NCBI GenBank assembly: GCA_963667015.2
Contig: CAXXJJ010000004.1
Coordinates: 1,056,001 to 1,120,000 of the forward strand
Length of the DNA: 64,000 nucleotides
Direction: 5' to 3'
Origin: Desulfatiglandales bacterium
Lineage (GTDB): Bacteria; Desulfobacterota; DSM-4660; Desulfatiglandales; HGW-15
The notes under the pieces were generated by a model. It saw nothing but the letters and a program-made list of their open reading frames with translations. It was not told the origin of the DNA and searched no databases. This document shows, one piece after another, positions 38,704-48,252 of the stretch. The stretch's first letter is position 1. Every line of letters starts with the position of its first letter. The translations under genes were made by a program, and so were the position numbers.

Positions 38704-40947
38704 TTAACGTCCCTGATGCCATTTCCATTTTTTTTCTTTCTCCTCAGATGTCCTCAGTTTATCCTCCATCTGGAGCTTTTTTTTCTCTATGGATACTGCT
38801 GTTTCAGCATCCGATTTCTTATCTTTTAATGAGTTATGTATCTCTGACAGGCGGTCATATTCGCTATCAAGCTTTACAAGTTCTTTTTCTCTCAGGGGAG
38901 TATCCTCTACCATTTTCTGATAATGCAGCATTTGTGACTCTGTTTCTTCAATCTGTGCCTTGAGACTGGTAATATTGCTTTCCAATTGTTTCAGTTTTTG
39001 TTGAGTTAATGCTTTCTTAACGATTTCCCTGGCCTCTGCGATACTGGAGGCCACATCCTTGATAATAATCGTATTTGTGCGTCTGTTAATAGATATAGTA
39101 CCACGATCGGTCAGGAGAATATCAGGAATGATCTTATCAGCGTCCGCGTAATCCACTGGAATATATTCTGTTACAATAGGGATCAGACCATCATCGTCAA
39201 CTTCGAGTTCTCCTTTTTGATCAATATTTTTCTCAACCGTCTTATCTATGGAAGTTGAAGGATCCTGATTTTTTTCAAGTTCTAAAATATGCGGAGTGAA
39301 AAATGCATATACTTTCTTTTTTATTCTTTCGGATGAAGAACTATCTTCATTAACGGCTAAGAAAGTAATTCCACTTACTAAAATAGTATCACCATCTTTG
39401 GCCATTAATTTTGTCTTAAACGTATTGGTTCTTCCAGCAGGATAATTTTCTGTCGCTTCCGCCATGATCTTTAATTCAAAATCCTGTGTAATAAAATCAT
39501 TTTCGTTTATATTGTGTGGTGATATTTTTATTTGAAAACCGAGTTTATTTGGAGAATCCGGCATTGGACCTGAACTCAACATTGCGGTTGATCCATTGGC
39601 AGAAATAATACTGGGAGAGCTTAAAATATTAATGTCAGGATCATCCTGCATAAAACCGGATAATTCTTTAAGGTTTTCAAAAGATTCGCCGTCAACCTCT
39701 ATTCCGTCTTTAAAATCACGGAAACCTATTCCAGGATTATTTTTATCAGGCTCCTGGCCAGAAGAACTGCCAAAATCAAATTCTCTATCAATATATGCTT
39801 CCATTAACAGGATGTCATAAAGAATCTGGCCCTGTAGCGCACTCTCATTCTTTTCCTGATCCTGACTTGGAATTATCTCATCATAACCATTGTCTGATGT
39901 TTGTGAAATACCGGCCATGGGCATTACACATATTATCATGAACAAAGTAGTACAGATGGTTACTGCCAGCCTTCTTTTTCGGTTTTCCCACGACTTTTTC
40001 TCAAGCCATTTCAGTCGTGGAACCAGCCTGAAGGGCTCTTCAAAGATTCCCAAAAAACCTAAACTTGGCTGCATATTTTCAGCAAAAAGTTCACGGGCTG
40101 AATGCAAAAGCGTTTCGCGATAGGATGCAGTCTTCTCCCTGAGCACATTTGCAACACTCAGGTCGCAGCATATTTCACACACGTGCCTCATCTGGCGACG
40201 GGTCCAGATCAACAGGGGATTAAACCAGTAGACTATTTGAACGACAATGCAAAACCAGTGAACAAGCAGATCTCCTCTTTTTAAATGACACAACTCATGG
40301 ATAAGCACATGTTCTGCCTGCTCTCTTGATAGTTGCTCAAGGTAACCATCCGGCAGCAGAAGAACCGGTTTTAAAACTCCATATACCGCAGGACTTTTTG
40401 CGTCTTCAGAAAATATTACAGACGGGATATTCTTCAGCCTTAAACGGGCGGCTGTCTTTGCAATTAGTTCATTAAACCAGTCAGGAATATCAGAATTTTC
40501 ATCAACTCTATACATTTTACGAAATTTAAACATTTTTCTCAGCAGCATGAAGGCAAAAACAAACATTCCAGAAAGCCAGGTCATCAATGCAAAACTCTTC
40601 CAGCTCATCTGTTCAGTAGTAAAAGGTATTATAATATCTTCATCAGGAGGGACAAAATTTACTGAACTTTCTTCAATTTTGTCACTCATATCGACTTTAA
40701 AGGATATCTGTTCTTCGACCTGTGGCTGAATCCATGAAACAATGCTTGTCGGCATTTGCCATTCAGGCGAAATAATGAGTTTTATAAATACAAGTGCCCA
40801 CAGTGCATATCTGACCTGCGGCCACGCCCATTTGCGGATAACCATGTCCAGAGCAGTTATAAGGATTATAAGCAGACTTACCTGCCAGAACATATTTCCC
40901 ATCCACTGCCACCAGATTTGTGCTATATCATTAAGTTGTGCAGTCAT
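38704..40947 (-). CDS. BlaR1/M56 peptidase fused to mini-secretin core, PilQ-like N domain and Wzc/GumC-like coiled coil (copy 2)
   Basis: HELCHLKRGD; ILSSPSIIS, FFTPHIL; YIPVDYADA.....L.DRGTISINRRTNTIIIKDV..SI; TP.REKEL..L..EY......SL..KK.DAE.A. Confidence 0.85.
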   Translation of the reverse strand: MTAQLNDIAQIWWQWMGNMFWQVSLLIILITALDMVIRKWAWPQVRYALWALVFIKLIISPEWQMPTSIVSWIQPQVEEQISFKVDMSDKIEESSVNFVPPDEDIIIPFTTEQMSWKSFALMTWLSGMFVFAFMLLRKMFKFRKMYRVDENSDIPDWFNELIAKTAARLRLKNIPSVIFSEDAKSPAVYGVLKPVLLLPDGYLEQLSREQAEHVLIHELCHLKRGDLLVHWFCIVVQIVYWFNPLLIWTRRQMRHVCEICCDLSVANVLREKTASYRETLLHSARELFAENMQPSLGFLGIFEEPFRLVPRLKWLEKKSWENRKRRLAVTICTTLFMIICVMPMAGISQTSDNGYDEIIPSQDQEKNESALQGQILYDILLMEAYIDREFDFGSSSGQEPDKNNPGIGFRDFKDGIEVDGESFENLKELSGFMQDDPDINILSSPSIISANGSTAMLSSGPMPDSPNKLGFQIKISPHNINENDFITQDFELKIMAEATENYPAGRTNTFKTKLMAKDGDTILVSGITFLAVNEDSSSSERIKKKVYAFFTPHILELEKNQDPSTSIDKTVEKNIDQKGELEVDDDGLIPIVTEYIPVDYADADKIIPDILLTDRGTISINRRTNTIIIKDVASSIAEAREIVKKALTQQKLKQLESNITSLKAQIEETESQMLHYQKMVEDTPLREKELVKLDSEYDRLSEIHNSLKDKKSDAETAVSIEKKKLQMEDKLRTSEEKEKKWKWHQGR

Positions 40948-40980
40948 TATTTATTTCTCCCGCTTCCTGATGCAATCGGT

Positions 40981-43176
40981 TCACTCTTTTATTATCCTGA
41001 AATAATCTCCTTGCTGAATTGCAGTATACCCCTCTTCTTCAAGTTTGGACTGAAAGAGATCATAGGCTTCATCAAATGTTACTTCGCCTTGAGTGTTAAT
41101 ATCTATTTCCCCTTCAACACTGTCATCGATTATAATTTTTTTCCATCCTCTACCCTGTATATAGTTGTTTATTTCTCGTATATCTGTGTTAACAAATTCT
41201 ATAGAAACAACTGCATCTTTTCTCCTTATATCAATACCAATAACCCTGTCTACCAACCTGCAACCAAGCTCATCCACAGCTGACTCAAATACTTTAAGAG
41301 CTTCATCAACAGTTATATTCTCCGGTGATACAAGGGTGATCTTCTGCGGAACATCTGGTGGAAACCAGCTAAAACCTTTACCTGTTATTTTTGACAGATA
41401 AGTCATAATCTCATTAAAATCTGCATTCTTAAAATTCAGCGTAACAAATTCAGGGTATCGGCCTGATTTTTGCCCCTCAGGTTCCTGGTCATATGTTAAA
41501 GGCAGGTCCGTTTTTTTTGTGTAATTCGATAGATCTTTTTTACTGATATCGGCTGTAATAAAAAAGTAAATATTCGTTTTACCTTTAAATGTAACCAGGG
41601 AAGTTTTTTCATCCTCGAGGATCAAATCAGTATAAAAGTAATTAACTTTTTTCTTTGCCGAATCTCCTTCATTTGCCTCTACAACCTCCAACTCTATATC
41701 CAGCTTCACCATTTTCTCATTAACCATCTCCGGTGATATTTTTATTCTTTGACAATAGGTTTTATCAGATCCTTTTCCTGATTTAAGTATATCTATTGGG
41801 TGTACCCCACCCATATAGACCTCTGGGGAACCCAGAACCTGAACATCAGGATCTTCATTCATAAAAAGTTTTAATTCCTTCAGGTCTTCAAATGGTTTGC
41901 CATCAACGGTTATTCCATCATTGAAAGTATGAAAACCTGAATCAGTAACACTTCCAAAATCAAACGCCTTCTCCTCATCTGCCTCAACTATCAAACCTTT
42001 ATAAACGAAATTATATGGGAAAGTTATAATTTCGCCTTGACCCTGCTGCAGGTCAGCTTCATCAGAACTGTAATCTGAAACCTGAGAGATTCCTGCCATT
42101 GGCATTATACAGATAACCATGAACAGACTTATGGATATGGTTGCTATTATCTTTCTTTTAGGGTTTTCCCATGACCTTTTCTCAAGCCATTTTAAGCGGG
42201 GTATTAATCTGAAAGGACTTTCAAATATTCCAAGAAAACCAATGCCAGGCTCCATACTCTCTGCAAAAAGTTCACGCGCTGTTTTAAGAAGAGTTGCACG
42301 ATAGTCAGCAGTCTTTTCCCTTAAAACATTTGCAACACTTAAATCACAGCAGATTTCACATATATGCCTCATCTGTTTGCGCGACCATATTAAAAGCGGG
42401 TTAAACCAGTAAACGATCTGGAGTAATATGCAAATCCAGTGAACAAGCAGGTCACCCCTTTTTAAATGGCAAAGTTCATGAATCAGTACATGTTCTGCCT
42501 GTTCCCTTGAGAGTTTATCCATATATCCCTCCGGTAATATAAGAAACTGTTTAATTACACCGTAAACTGCCGGACTCTTTAAATCTTTTGAAAACACTAA
42601 AGTTGGTGTTTTTTTAAGCTTAAGTCTTTTGCATATACTTAGCAGAAGTTTGTTTTGCCATTCAGGAATGTCATCCTTTGCCTGAATTTTTCGCCACTTC
42701 CGAAACTCAATCACTTTCCTGAACAGCAAAAGAGAGAAAATGATCATTCCTGAAATCCAACAGGATAACAGCCATGTCTTCCAGGTGGCTGCTTCAGTCA
42801 TGACTTGCTTATTATCATTGGACGGCAATAATGTTTCCTGACGACGTATAGCTGCAGTTTCTTTTAAATCATCTTGAAACAATAATGCTTCCGCACTTTT
42901 TGCGGCCTCATCACTTATCCCGATTTGAACGGCAATTCTCTCTTCTACCTGCGGCTGTATCCATGAAACAATGCTGGTAGGCATCTGCCATGCAGGGCTA
43001 ATAATGAGTTTTATAAATACCAGAGCCCACAGTGCATACCTGACCTGAGGCCATGCCCATTTGCGGATTACCATATCCAGGGCCGTCACAATAATGATTA
43101 ACAGACTCACCTGCCAGAACATACTACCCATCCACTGCCACCATATTTCTGATAAATCATTTAGTTGTGCGATCAT
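40981..43176 (-). CDS. BlaR1/M56 peptidase fused to mini-secretin core and two GspD-type N0 domains (copy 1)
   Basis: HELCHLKRGD; VQVLGSP; VTLNFKNAD....M..LS.ITGK.F and VSIEFVNTDIRE.......IIDDSVEG.I.I......T.DEAY.LF.S.L...GY; starts 2 bp after blaI. Confidence 0.85.
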   Translation of the reverse strand: MIAQLNDLSEIWWQWMGSMFWQVSLLIIIVTALDMVIRKWAWPQVRYALWALVFIKLIISPAWQMPTSIVSWIQPQVEERIAVQIGISDEAAKSAEALLFQDDLKETAAIRRQETLLPSNDNKQVMTEAATWKTWLLSCWISGMIIFSLLLFRKVIEFRKWRKIQAKDDIPEWQNKLLLSICKRLKLKKTPTLVFSKDLKSPAVYGVIKQFLILPEGYMDKLSREQAEHVLIHELCHLKRGDLLVHWICILLQIVYWFNPLLIWSRKQMRHICEICCDLSVANVLREKTADYRATLLKTARELFAESMEPGIGFLGIFESPFRLIPRLKWLEKRSWENPKRKIIATISISLFMVICIMPMAGISQVSDYSSDEADLQQGQGEIITFPYNFVYKGLIVEADEEKAFDFGSVTDSGFHTFNDGITVDGKPFEDLKELKLFMNEDPDVQVLGSPEVYMGGVHPIDILKSGKGSDKTYCQRIKISPEMVNEKMVKLDIELEVVEANEGDSAKKKVNYFYTDLILEDEKTSLVTFKGKTNIYFFITADISKKDLSNYTKKTDLPLTYDQEPEGQKSGRYPEFVTLNFKNADFNEIMTYLSKITGKGFSWFPPDVPQKITLVSPENITVDEALKVFESAVDELGCRLVDRVIGIDIRRKDAVVSIEFVNTDIREINNYIQGRGWKKIIIDDSVEGEIDINTQGEVTFDEAYDLFQSKLEEEGYTAIQQGDYFRIIKE

Positions 43177-43178
43177 AG

Positions 43179-43547
43179 TTATTTCTCCCGATCTTCTTCT
43201 TTTAAAATCCGGATCAATTCTTCACGTTCTTTTCTGGAAAGTTTTTTCTCATCAACAAGATAGTGCATAAAAGGCTCAAGAGCGCCGTCCATGACCTTGT
43301 CAAAAAGATTCGTAAAGGCGTTCTTGTGGGCCTTTTCCTGCGCTATTAAGGGTTCATAAAAACTTGTGTTCCCCCTCTTGTGCTCGGATACTGCACCCTT
43401 TGTCACGAGCCTGCTGAGCATTGTTTTGACTGTCGTATAGGCCCACTCAACCTCTCCTGAAAGCCGCTCAATGATTTCCCGTGCAGTCGCAGGACTGCCT
43501 TTCCACAGTGAGTTCATTATTTTCCATTCATTTTCAGAAAGTTTCAT
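43179..43547 (-). CDS. BlaI/MecI/CopY family repressor
   Basis: LSE.EW.IM..LW...P.TAREI......WAYTTVKTML.RL..KG.V...K.G....Y.P. Confidence 0.95.
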   Translation of the reverse strand: MKLSENEWKIMNSLWKGSPATAREIIERLSGEVEWAYTTVKTMLSRLVTKGAVSEHKRGNTSFYEPLIAQEKAHKNAFTNLFDKVMDGALEPFMHYLVDEKKLSRKEREELIRILKEEDREK

Positions 43548-43563
43548 TTTAAAGGTCTCCTTT

Positions 43564-43630
43564 CTACATTTGTAGCAAATACTACTACACCTGTAGAAAT
43601 GCTGTCAAGTATTTTCTTCTACAATTGTAG
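43564..43630 (-). promoter_or_regulatory. three BlaI/CopY operator boxes around the blaI promoter
   Basis: CTACAttTGTAG 43564-43575, CTACAccTGTAG 43585-43596, CTACAatTGTAG 43619-43630; minus-strand TTGACA at 43603-43608. Confidence 0.9.
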
Positions 43631-43712
43631 TAAAAATACTATTCCATTTGACATAAAACCCATAAGCCCTTATATTCCTGACAAATAGAAGTAAATAAAA
43701 ACAGAGGTAAAA

Positions 43713-43979
43713 ATGAGCATCCATAGAGTATTATTGAAAATAGCATACTGGCTGGTAGCGCTTTCGATCGTTGTATTGATAGGCCTTACCTTTTTTGCCC
43801 GCCGCGTAATTACACAGCAATCTCAACCTGCGCCTGTTGAAAAGACAGTTACAGAAGAGACTACAAGTATTAAATTTTCGGGCATGACTCTGACAAGAGA
43901 TGACGGAAAATCTAAAAAAGAAGAACCGGAAATTAAAGAAGAAATTAAAAAAGATGAAGGTGAACAGACAGACAAGTAA
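43713..43979 (+). CDS. small membrane-anchored hypothetical protein, divergent from blaI
   Basis: 88 aa, N-terminal TM, RBS GAGG, upstream TTGACA at 43648. Confidence 0.55.
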   Translation: MSIHRVLLKIAYWLVALSIVVLIGLTFFARRVITQQSQPAPVEKTVTEETTSIKFSGMTLTRDDGKSKKEEPEIKEEIKKDEGEQTDK

Positions 43980-43982
43980 TAA

Positions 43983-44023
43983 CCCACAATACATTCATAT
44001 GAAATAATATGAATGTGTGTGGG
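43983..44023. terminator. long hairpin between convergent genes
   Basis: cccacaatacattcatat-gaaata-atatgaatgtgtgtggg. Confidence 0.5.
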
Positions 44024-44108
44024 ATATCGTTTTGAGTTTATAGTTATTAATCATTAAAACCATCCCTTTTTAAATCTTAGTATATTTCGGGTATATAAAT
44101 GTCAGTTT

Positions 44109-44357
44109 TTATTCGCTATCCACTGAGAGAACAATATTATCGCTTTTCTCCTCATAATCTGCCCATCGCCTTTTTAGGCTAACTCCGCTTTTTATTAAAA
44201 TATCGGCTATGAACAAAATAATCCTGCATGGATATGATTTTTTATCTTTGTTTTCTTTTCTTGCAGATCTGGCAAGTCGAATCATCCGGCATTCAGCAAG
44301 AAGTTCTTCATGTTTCTGCTTCGAAATAACATACACTATATAGGGATTTTCAAACAT
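44109..44357 (-). CDS. small hypothetical protein
   Basis: 82 aa, RBS GGAGG; downstream of a leader attenuator. Confidence 0.65.
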   Translation of the reverse strand: MFENPYIVYVISKQKHEELLAECRMIRLARSARKENKDKKSYPCRIILFIADILIKSGVSLKRRWADYEEKSDNIVLSVDSE

Positions 44358-44478
44358 TTTCGCCTCCGGTATTTTTCATTGTTAATATGCTGTTCTATAG
44401 ACTGGTAATCCCATTGTTGTCTGAACTTCATGCTTATTCCTTGAGTGATGTCTCTTTCTGATTTTTTTGTATCCATTT
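44338..44478 (-). CDS. possible 46-aa small protein (MDTKKSERDITQG...)
   Basis: RBS AAGGAG 6 nt before ATG; stop overlaps the start of the 82-aa ORF; below ORF-track size cutoff. Confidence 0.4.
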
Positions 44479-44607
44479 TCTTCTCCTTTTTTTGTTTAAG
44501 ATTAATAATATCACCATCTTCTTTAAATAATGAAGGTGCTTAAGTAATCCTGTTGGTTGTGTAAAATCATTAAAAATGCCGTGGAAGAAACATCCCGGCT
44601 TTCAGAT

Positions 44608-44741
44608 AAAAAAAAGCCGCGGATTTGATTATGTCCGCGGCTTTTTTCATTAGAATGAGGAAAATATTTTCAGTAACTCCTCCGCAGACATGTTGTTGCC
44701 CATTCAGACTGGCAATATGTTGTTGATGATCTCATATTCAT
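44608..44741 (-). promoter_or_regulatory. leader-peptide transcription attenuator
   Basis: uORF 44670-44741 (MNMRSSTTYCQSEWATTCLRRSY, RBS AAAGGA); terminator GCCGCGGA-loop-TCCGCGGC-T8 at 44608-44647; alternative pairing ATGTCTGCGG/CCGCGGACAT. Confidence 0.7.
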
Positions 44742-45169
44742 TACATGTCTTCCTTTCATTGCGGAAAAATTACACCTGGTTGTTATTTACAGAATTTATT
44801 GAAGGATGAAATATACAGGTAATTATATTAAAGTCAAGTTATTTTAACGCCTTACCCGTTAAATAAAATACAAAATTCACCGATGTTACACATATTTTTA
44901 GAAGGTATTCTGATTGACATGGTACAATGAAATCCATATACTGCGTTTTCAATACAGGAACTGCATAATTTTTACTCTTCAATGCTGATTTATACTCTTT
45001 TTATCCGTAAGCGGGTGCCAATGCTATTTTTTAAACACAATCTTAAATAAAAGATTTTTTCAGCCACGAGACAATAGAGTTCCATGCTTCAAGAGGCATA
45101 TGTTAATGCTTTAAAAAAAACAGATTCAATCTGAATATAATATATAAACATTTAGCATTAGGGTAGCAT

Positions 45170-47482
45170 ATGGCAGATATTGCAGGCAGTAACGGTCAGA
45201 GAGAAGCTTTTGAAGCTGTTGGAAAAGCAAACGTACCTGGCAGGCTTTCCTACTCCATAGCAACCGGTATGGCAAAATTCGGTAGTGATTATGTTGTCCC
45301 CAATATGCTGCACGCCAAATATTTAAGAAATCCATACGGTCGCGCCAGAGTAAAGAGTATAGATATCAGCAAAGCCCTGGATCTTCCAGGCGTAGTGGAT
45401 ATTGTTACCTGGGAAGATCCGGAAGTACAGGCCATGAAAGGTATCAGGGAACCTCTTATCTTCAATGAATCCGATACGGAAGATGAAGAGATTGGAGCTG
45501 TTGTTGTTGCAGAAACACCTGAACTTTGTGATGAGGCACTTAAGCTTCTCAAGGTAGAATGGGAAGTGCTGCCGACCATAGTAGACCCCAGGGACGGATT
45601 AAAAGAAGGGGCGCCCGTAGTCCGCATAGATCCTAAAAAGTTATCAGGAAAACCCTACTCCGTCGGGGATATTGAGTCTGCATTTAAACAGGCAGACCAT
45701 ATAGTGGAATTTGACTGGGGTCACTCAAAGACGGCTTCTCATCCTCCCAACCCAAATGGAAGTGTCTCCTGGTGGGCGCAGGACCCGCTGGGTACGCCCG
45801 GCCCTACACTGTATATAGAAGGCGTTTGCCCTACATGGGGCTCATTCCAGCTTTTACCCATGTATAACCTCTACTTTGACAAACTCTATCGGGGAACCAC
45901 CTTCCAGGGCGGAAAATACTGCGACTGGTTCATTCGCCGTTCCCAGCTCATTACACCTTTACTGGCAAAAAGAACGGGTCGCCCGGTGCGCTGTGTAAAC
46001 GACAGAACACAGGACTACTACCCTGCCAACCCGCAGAGATATTCTCATACAAAGATAGGTTTTAAAAAAGACGGAACAATTACCTGTGTTGAAGAGAGCA
46101 CAATAGGTGATTCAGGTGCACCCGGCCCGAATGCAGGCGCATCTTCAATGGGATCATTTGAAGCCATGTTCAGTCCCTTTAATACTACCAAATGCACAAA
46201 TCTAAAGAGTACTTATCAGAGTGTCTACACCAGTTCAGGAAAAAACACAGGCAGCCAGACATCCCCGTTTAACTGGGATGCCATGACCATAGCAGAACAG
46301 ATCGTGGCAGAAAAACTGGACATGGACGTGATAGATGTTGCACTCAAGAATATTCACGGTCCCTCTTCACAGCAGGATCCGGGAATCCCCCCGGGTCTTA
46401 AGATGTGTATAGAAAAAGGCAAAAAAGCAATGAACTGGAAATGGCACAGAGCCGGGACCAGAAAACTTAAGGACGGCAGGATGCACGGATTAAGTTTTCG
46501 ATATGCCCAGTCACCCAGGCACGCCCAGCAGCCATACACTGCAACAGTTACAGTCCAGGCAGACAGCAAGGTATATGTACCGCTTAAAGGCCCATGGATG
46601 GGCGTATACGCTGCAGATGCCTGTGCCCTGGTCGTTGCAGAAGAGATGGGGGCAAAAGTTGAGGATGTAATTCTCCTTTATGACAATAAAGCTATCTTTA
46701 CTCCTGTTGGAGGAGGAAGCGACGGAACTACAGCATCTGCCTGGGTAATGAAGGAAGCGGCTGTGAAGTGCAAAAAACTGCTGCTGGAACTGGCTGCAAA
46801 ATCCAGTGCGTTCACTGGAGGTGGTGGAGGGATGCTCGGAGCTCCTCAACCCGGCGGGCGCAAAATCCTCCCCGAGGATCTCGATACTAAAGACACTATG
46901 GTATACCTTAAGTCGGACCCCGGCAAGGCCTTTCCCTTTGGCAAATTTATAGCGGATGAGGGTTTTGGAGATCATGATCTTGATATAACAGCAACTCATT
47001 TCGGCAGGCCACCGGAAACAACCTGGCACAAAGGCGGTCATATCCTGGATACTATGAATACAAGCTACTGTGAAGTCGCTGTAGACACTGAAACCGGTGA
47101 GGTAGAGGTCCTCAAGTATGTTGTTGTCTGTGATCCGGGCAAGGTGTTGAGGCTGACATCCTTTGAAAGTCAGCTCTTCCAGGCAATGTTCTTCAGCCAC
47201 GGTGGTGGATTAACTGAAGAGTTTATCTACGACAAGGATACAGGGGTTAAACTGAGCACTAACATGCTGGAGTATAAAAAGCCAACTATTTTGGATATGG
47301 GCTCGTTTGAGCCATATGCAGTTGAAACGAGAAGCGGTAATGCCGCCTACGGAGCGACTGGTATAAGCCACTGTATGGCTGCCCCGCTTCTCCCGGTTTG
47401 TGCGATAGCAAATGCAATAGGAAAATGGATAGAACCGCCGGCAACACCGGATAAGATACTTAAGGCACTTGGGAAATGTTAA
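45170..47482 (+). CDS. xanthine dehydrogenase/aldehyde oxidase family molybdopterin-binding subunit (atypical)
   Basis: ATG.AKF..D...P.MLHAK.LR.PY..AR, KRTGRPV, EVAVDTETGEVEV, EYK.PT, P.TPDKIL.AL. Confidence 0.9.
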   Translation: MADIAGSNGQREAFEAVGKANVPGRLSYSIATGMAKFGSDYVVPNMLHAKYLRNPYGRARVKSIDISKALDLPGVVDIVTWEDPEVQAMKGIREPLIFNESDTEDEEIGAVVVAETPELCDEALKLLKVEWEVLPTIVDPRDGLKEGAPVVRIDPKKLSGKPYSVGDIESAFKQADHIVEFDWGHSKTASHPPNPNGSVSWWAQDPLGTPGPTLYIEGVCPTWGSFQLLPMYNLYFDKLYRGTTFQGGKYCDWFIRRSQLITPLLAKRTGRPVRCVNDRTQDYYPANPQRYSHTKIGFKKDGTITCVEESTIGDSGAPGPNAGASSMGSFEAMFSPFNTTKCTNLKSTYQSVYTSSGKNTGSQTSPFNWDAMTIAEQIVAEKLDMDVIDVALKNIHGPSSQQDPGIPPGLKMCIEKGKKAMNWKWHRAGTRKLKDGRMHGLSFRYAQSPRHAQQPYTATVTVQADSKVYVPLKGPWMGVYAADACALVVAEEMGAKVEDVILLYDNKAIFTPVGGGSDGTTASAWVMKEAAVKCKKLLLELAAKSSAFTGGGGGMLGAPQPGGRKILPEDLDTKDTMVYLKSDPGKAFPFGKFIADEGFGDHDLDITATHFGRPPETTWHKGGHILDTMNTSYCEVAVDTETGEVEVLKYVVVCDPGKVLRLTSFESQLFQAMFFSHGGGLTEEFIYDKDTGVKLSTNMLEYKKPTILDMGSFEPYAVETRSGNAAYGATGISHCMAAPLLPVCAIANAIGKWIEPPATPDKILKALGKC

Positions 47483-47506
47483 TTATAAAAAAGGGGGAAT
47501 AGTTAC

Positions 47507-48250
47507 ATGGCTGAATCAAAAAAACCCGAAGAAAAGAAAAAATCCGTTTCAAGACGTGATTTTCTGAAAAGCGGAAGCGTTGCAATTGCTGCCGGTGCGT
47601 TGGGAGCATACACCTCAATACCTGCAGAAGCAAACGCCGAGGAAGTATCCTATGAACCATCTAAAGGGTATATCGTTTATGACAGCAGGCTGTGCCTTGG
47701 CTGTCAGAGCTGTATGTATGCATGTTCACTGAGCCATGAAGGAGTGGCAAGTCCTTCTCTCTCCAGGATTCAGATAATACGCGATGCGCCGTCTTTTATA
47801 AAATATCCCTACGATATTATAATGTCTGTATGCAGACAGTGCGTAACTCCGATTTGCGTACAAAACTGCCCCACAGGGGCCTGTCATGTGGATACTGAAA
47901 ATGGTAATGTCAGATTGATCGATCCGGATGAATGCATAGGCTGTAAAACCTGCATCAACTCCTGTCCCCAGCGACCCCATAGAACTGTCTGGAATCCCGA
48001 AAAGGAAATTTCGATGAAATGTGACTTGTGCATCGACACGCCTCACTGGAGCAAGAAGGGAGGACCAGATGGTCAGCAGGCCTGTGTAAGTGTTTGTCCT
48101 GCAAAGGCGCTGAAACTGGTTCATGAACCTCCTCCTCAAACGGATGTAAACGGATATGACGTAGATATGGCGCCACCTCCGCCTCCACCCAGAAATTTTG
48201 GAAGTTTTTTTAAACAGGATTCAGATGAAAACAAGAAAGGGGGGGAATAA
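47507..48250 (+). CDS. Tat-exported 4Fe-4S dicluster protein (DmsB/HyfA-like)
   Basis: SRRDFLK twin-arginine signal; CLGCQSC..AC, CRQC..P.C...CP, CIGCKTC...CP, KCDLC...CV.VCP. Confidence 0.9.
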   Translation: MAESKKPEEKKKSVSRRDFLKSGSVAIAAGALGAYTSIPAEANAEEVSYEPSKGYIVYDSRLCLGCQSCMYACSLSHEGVASPSLSRIQIIRDAPSFIKYPYDIIMSVCRQCVTPICVQNCPTGACHVDTENGNVRLIDPDECIGCKTCINSCPQRPHRTVWNPEKEISMKCDLCIDTPHWSKKGGPDGQQACVSVCPAKALKLVHEPPPQTDVNGYDVDMAPPPPPPRNFGSFFKQDSDENKKGGE

Positions 48251-48252
48251 TC

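Noticed and set aside
44880..45170. Moco/Wco riboswitch or ModE box upstream of the XDH-AOR operon
   Set aside because: No recognisable consensus elements
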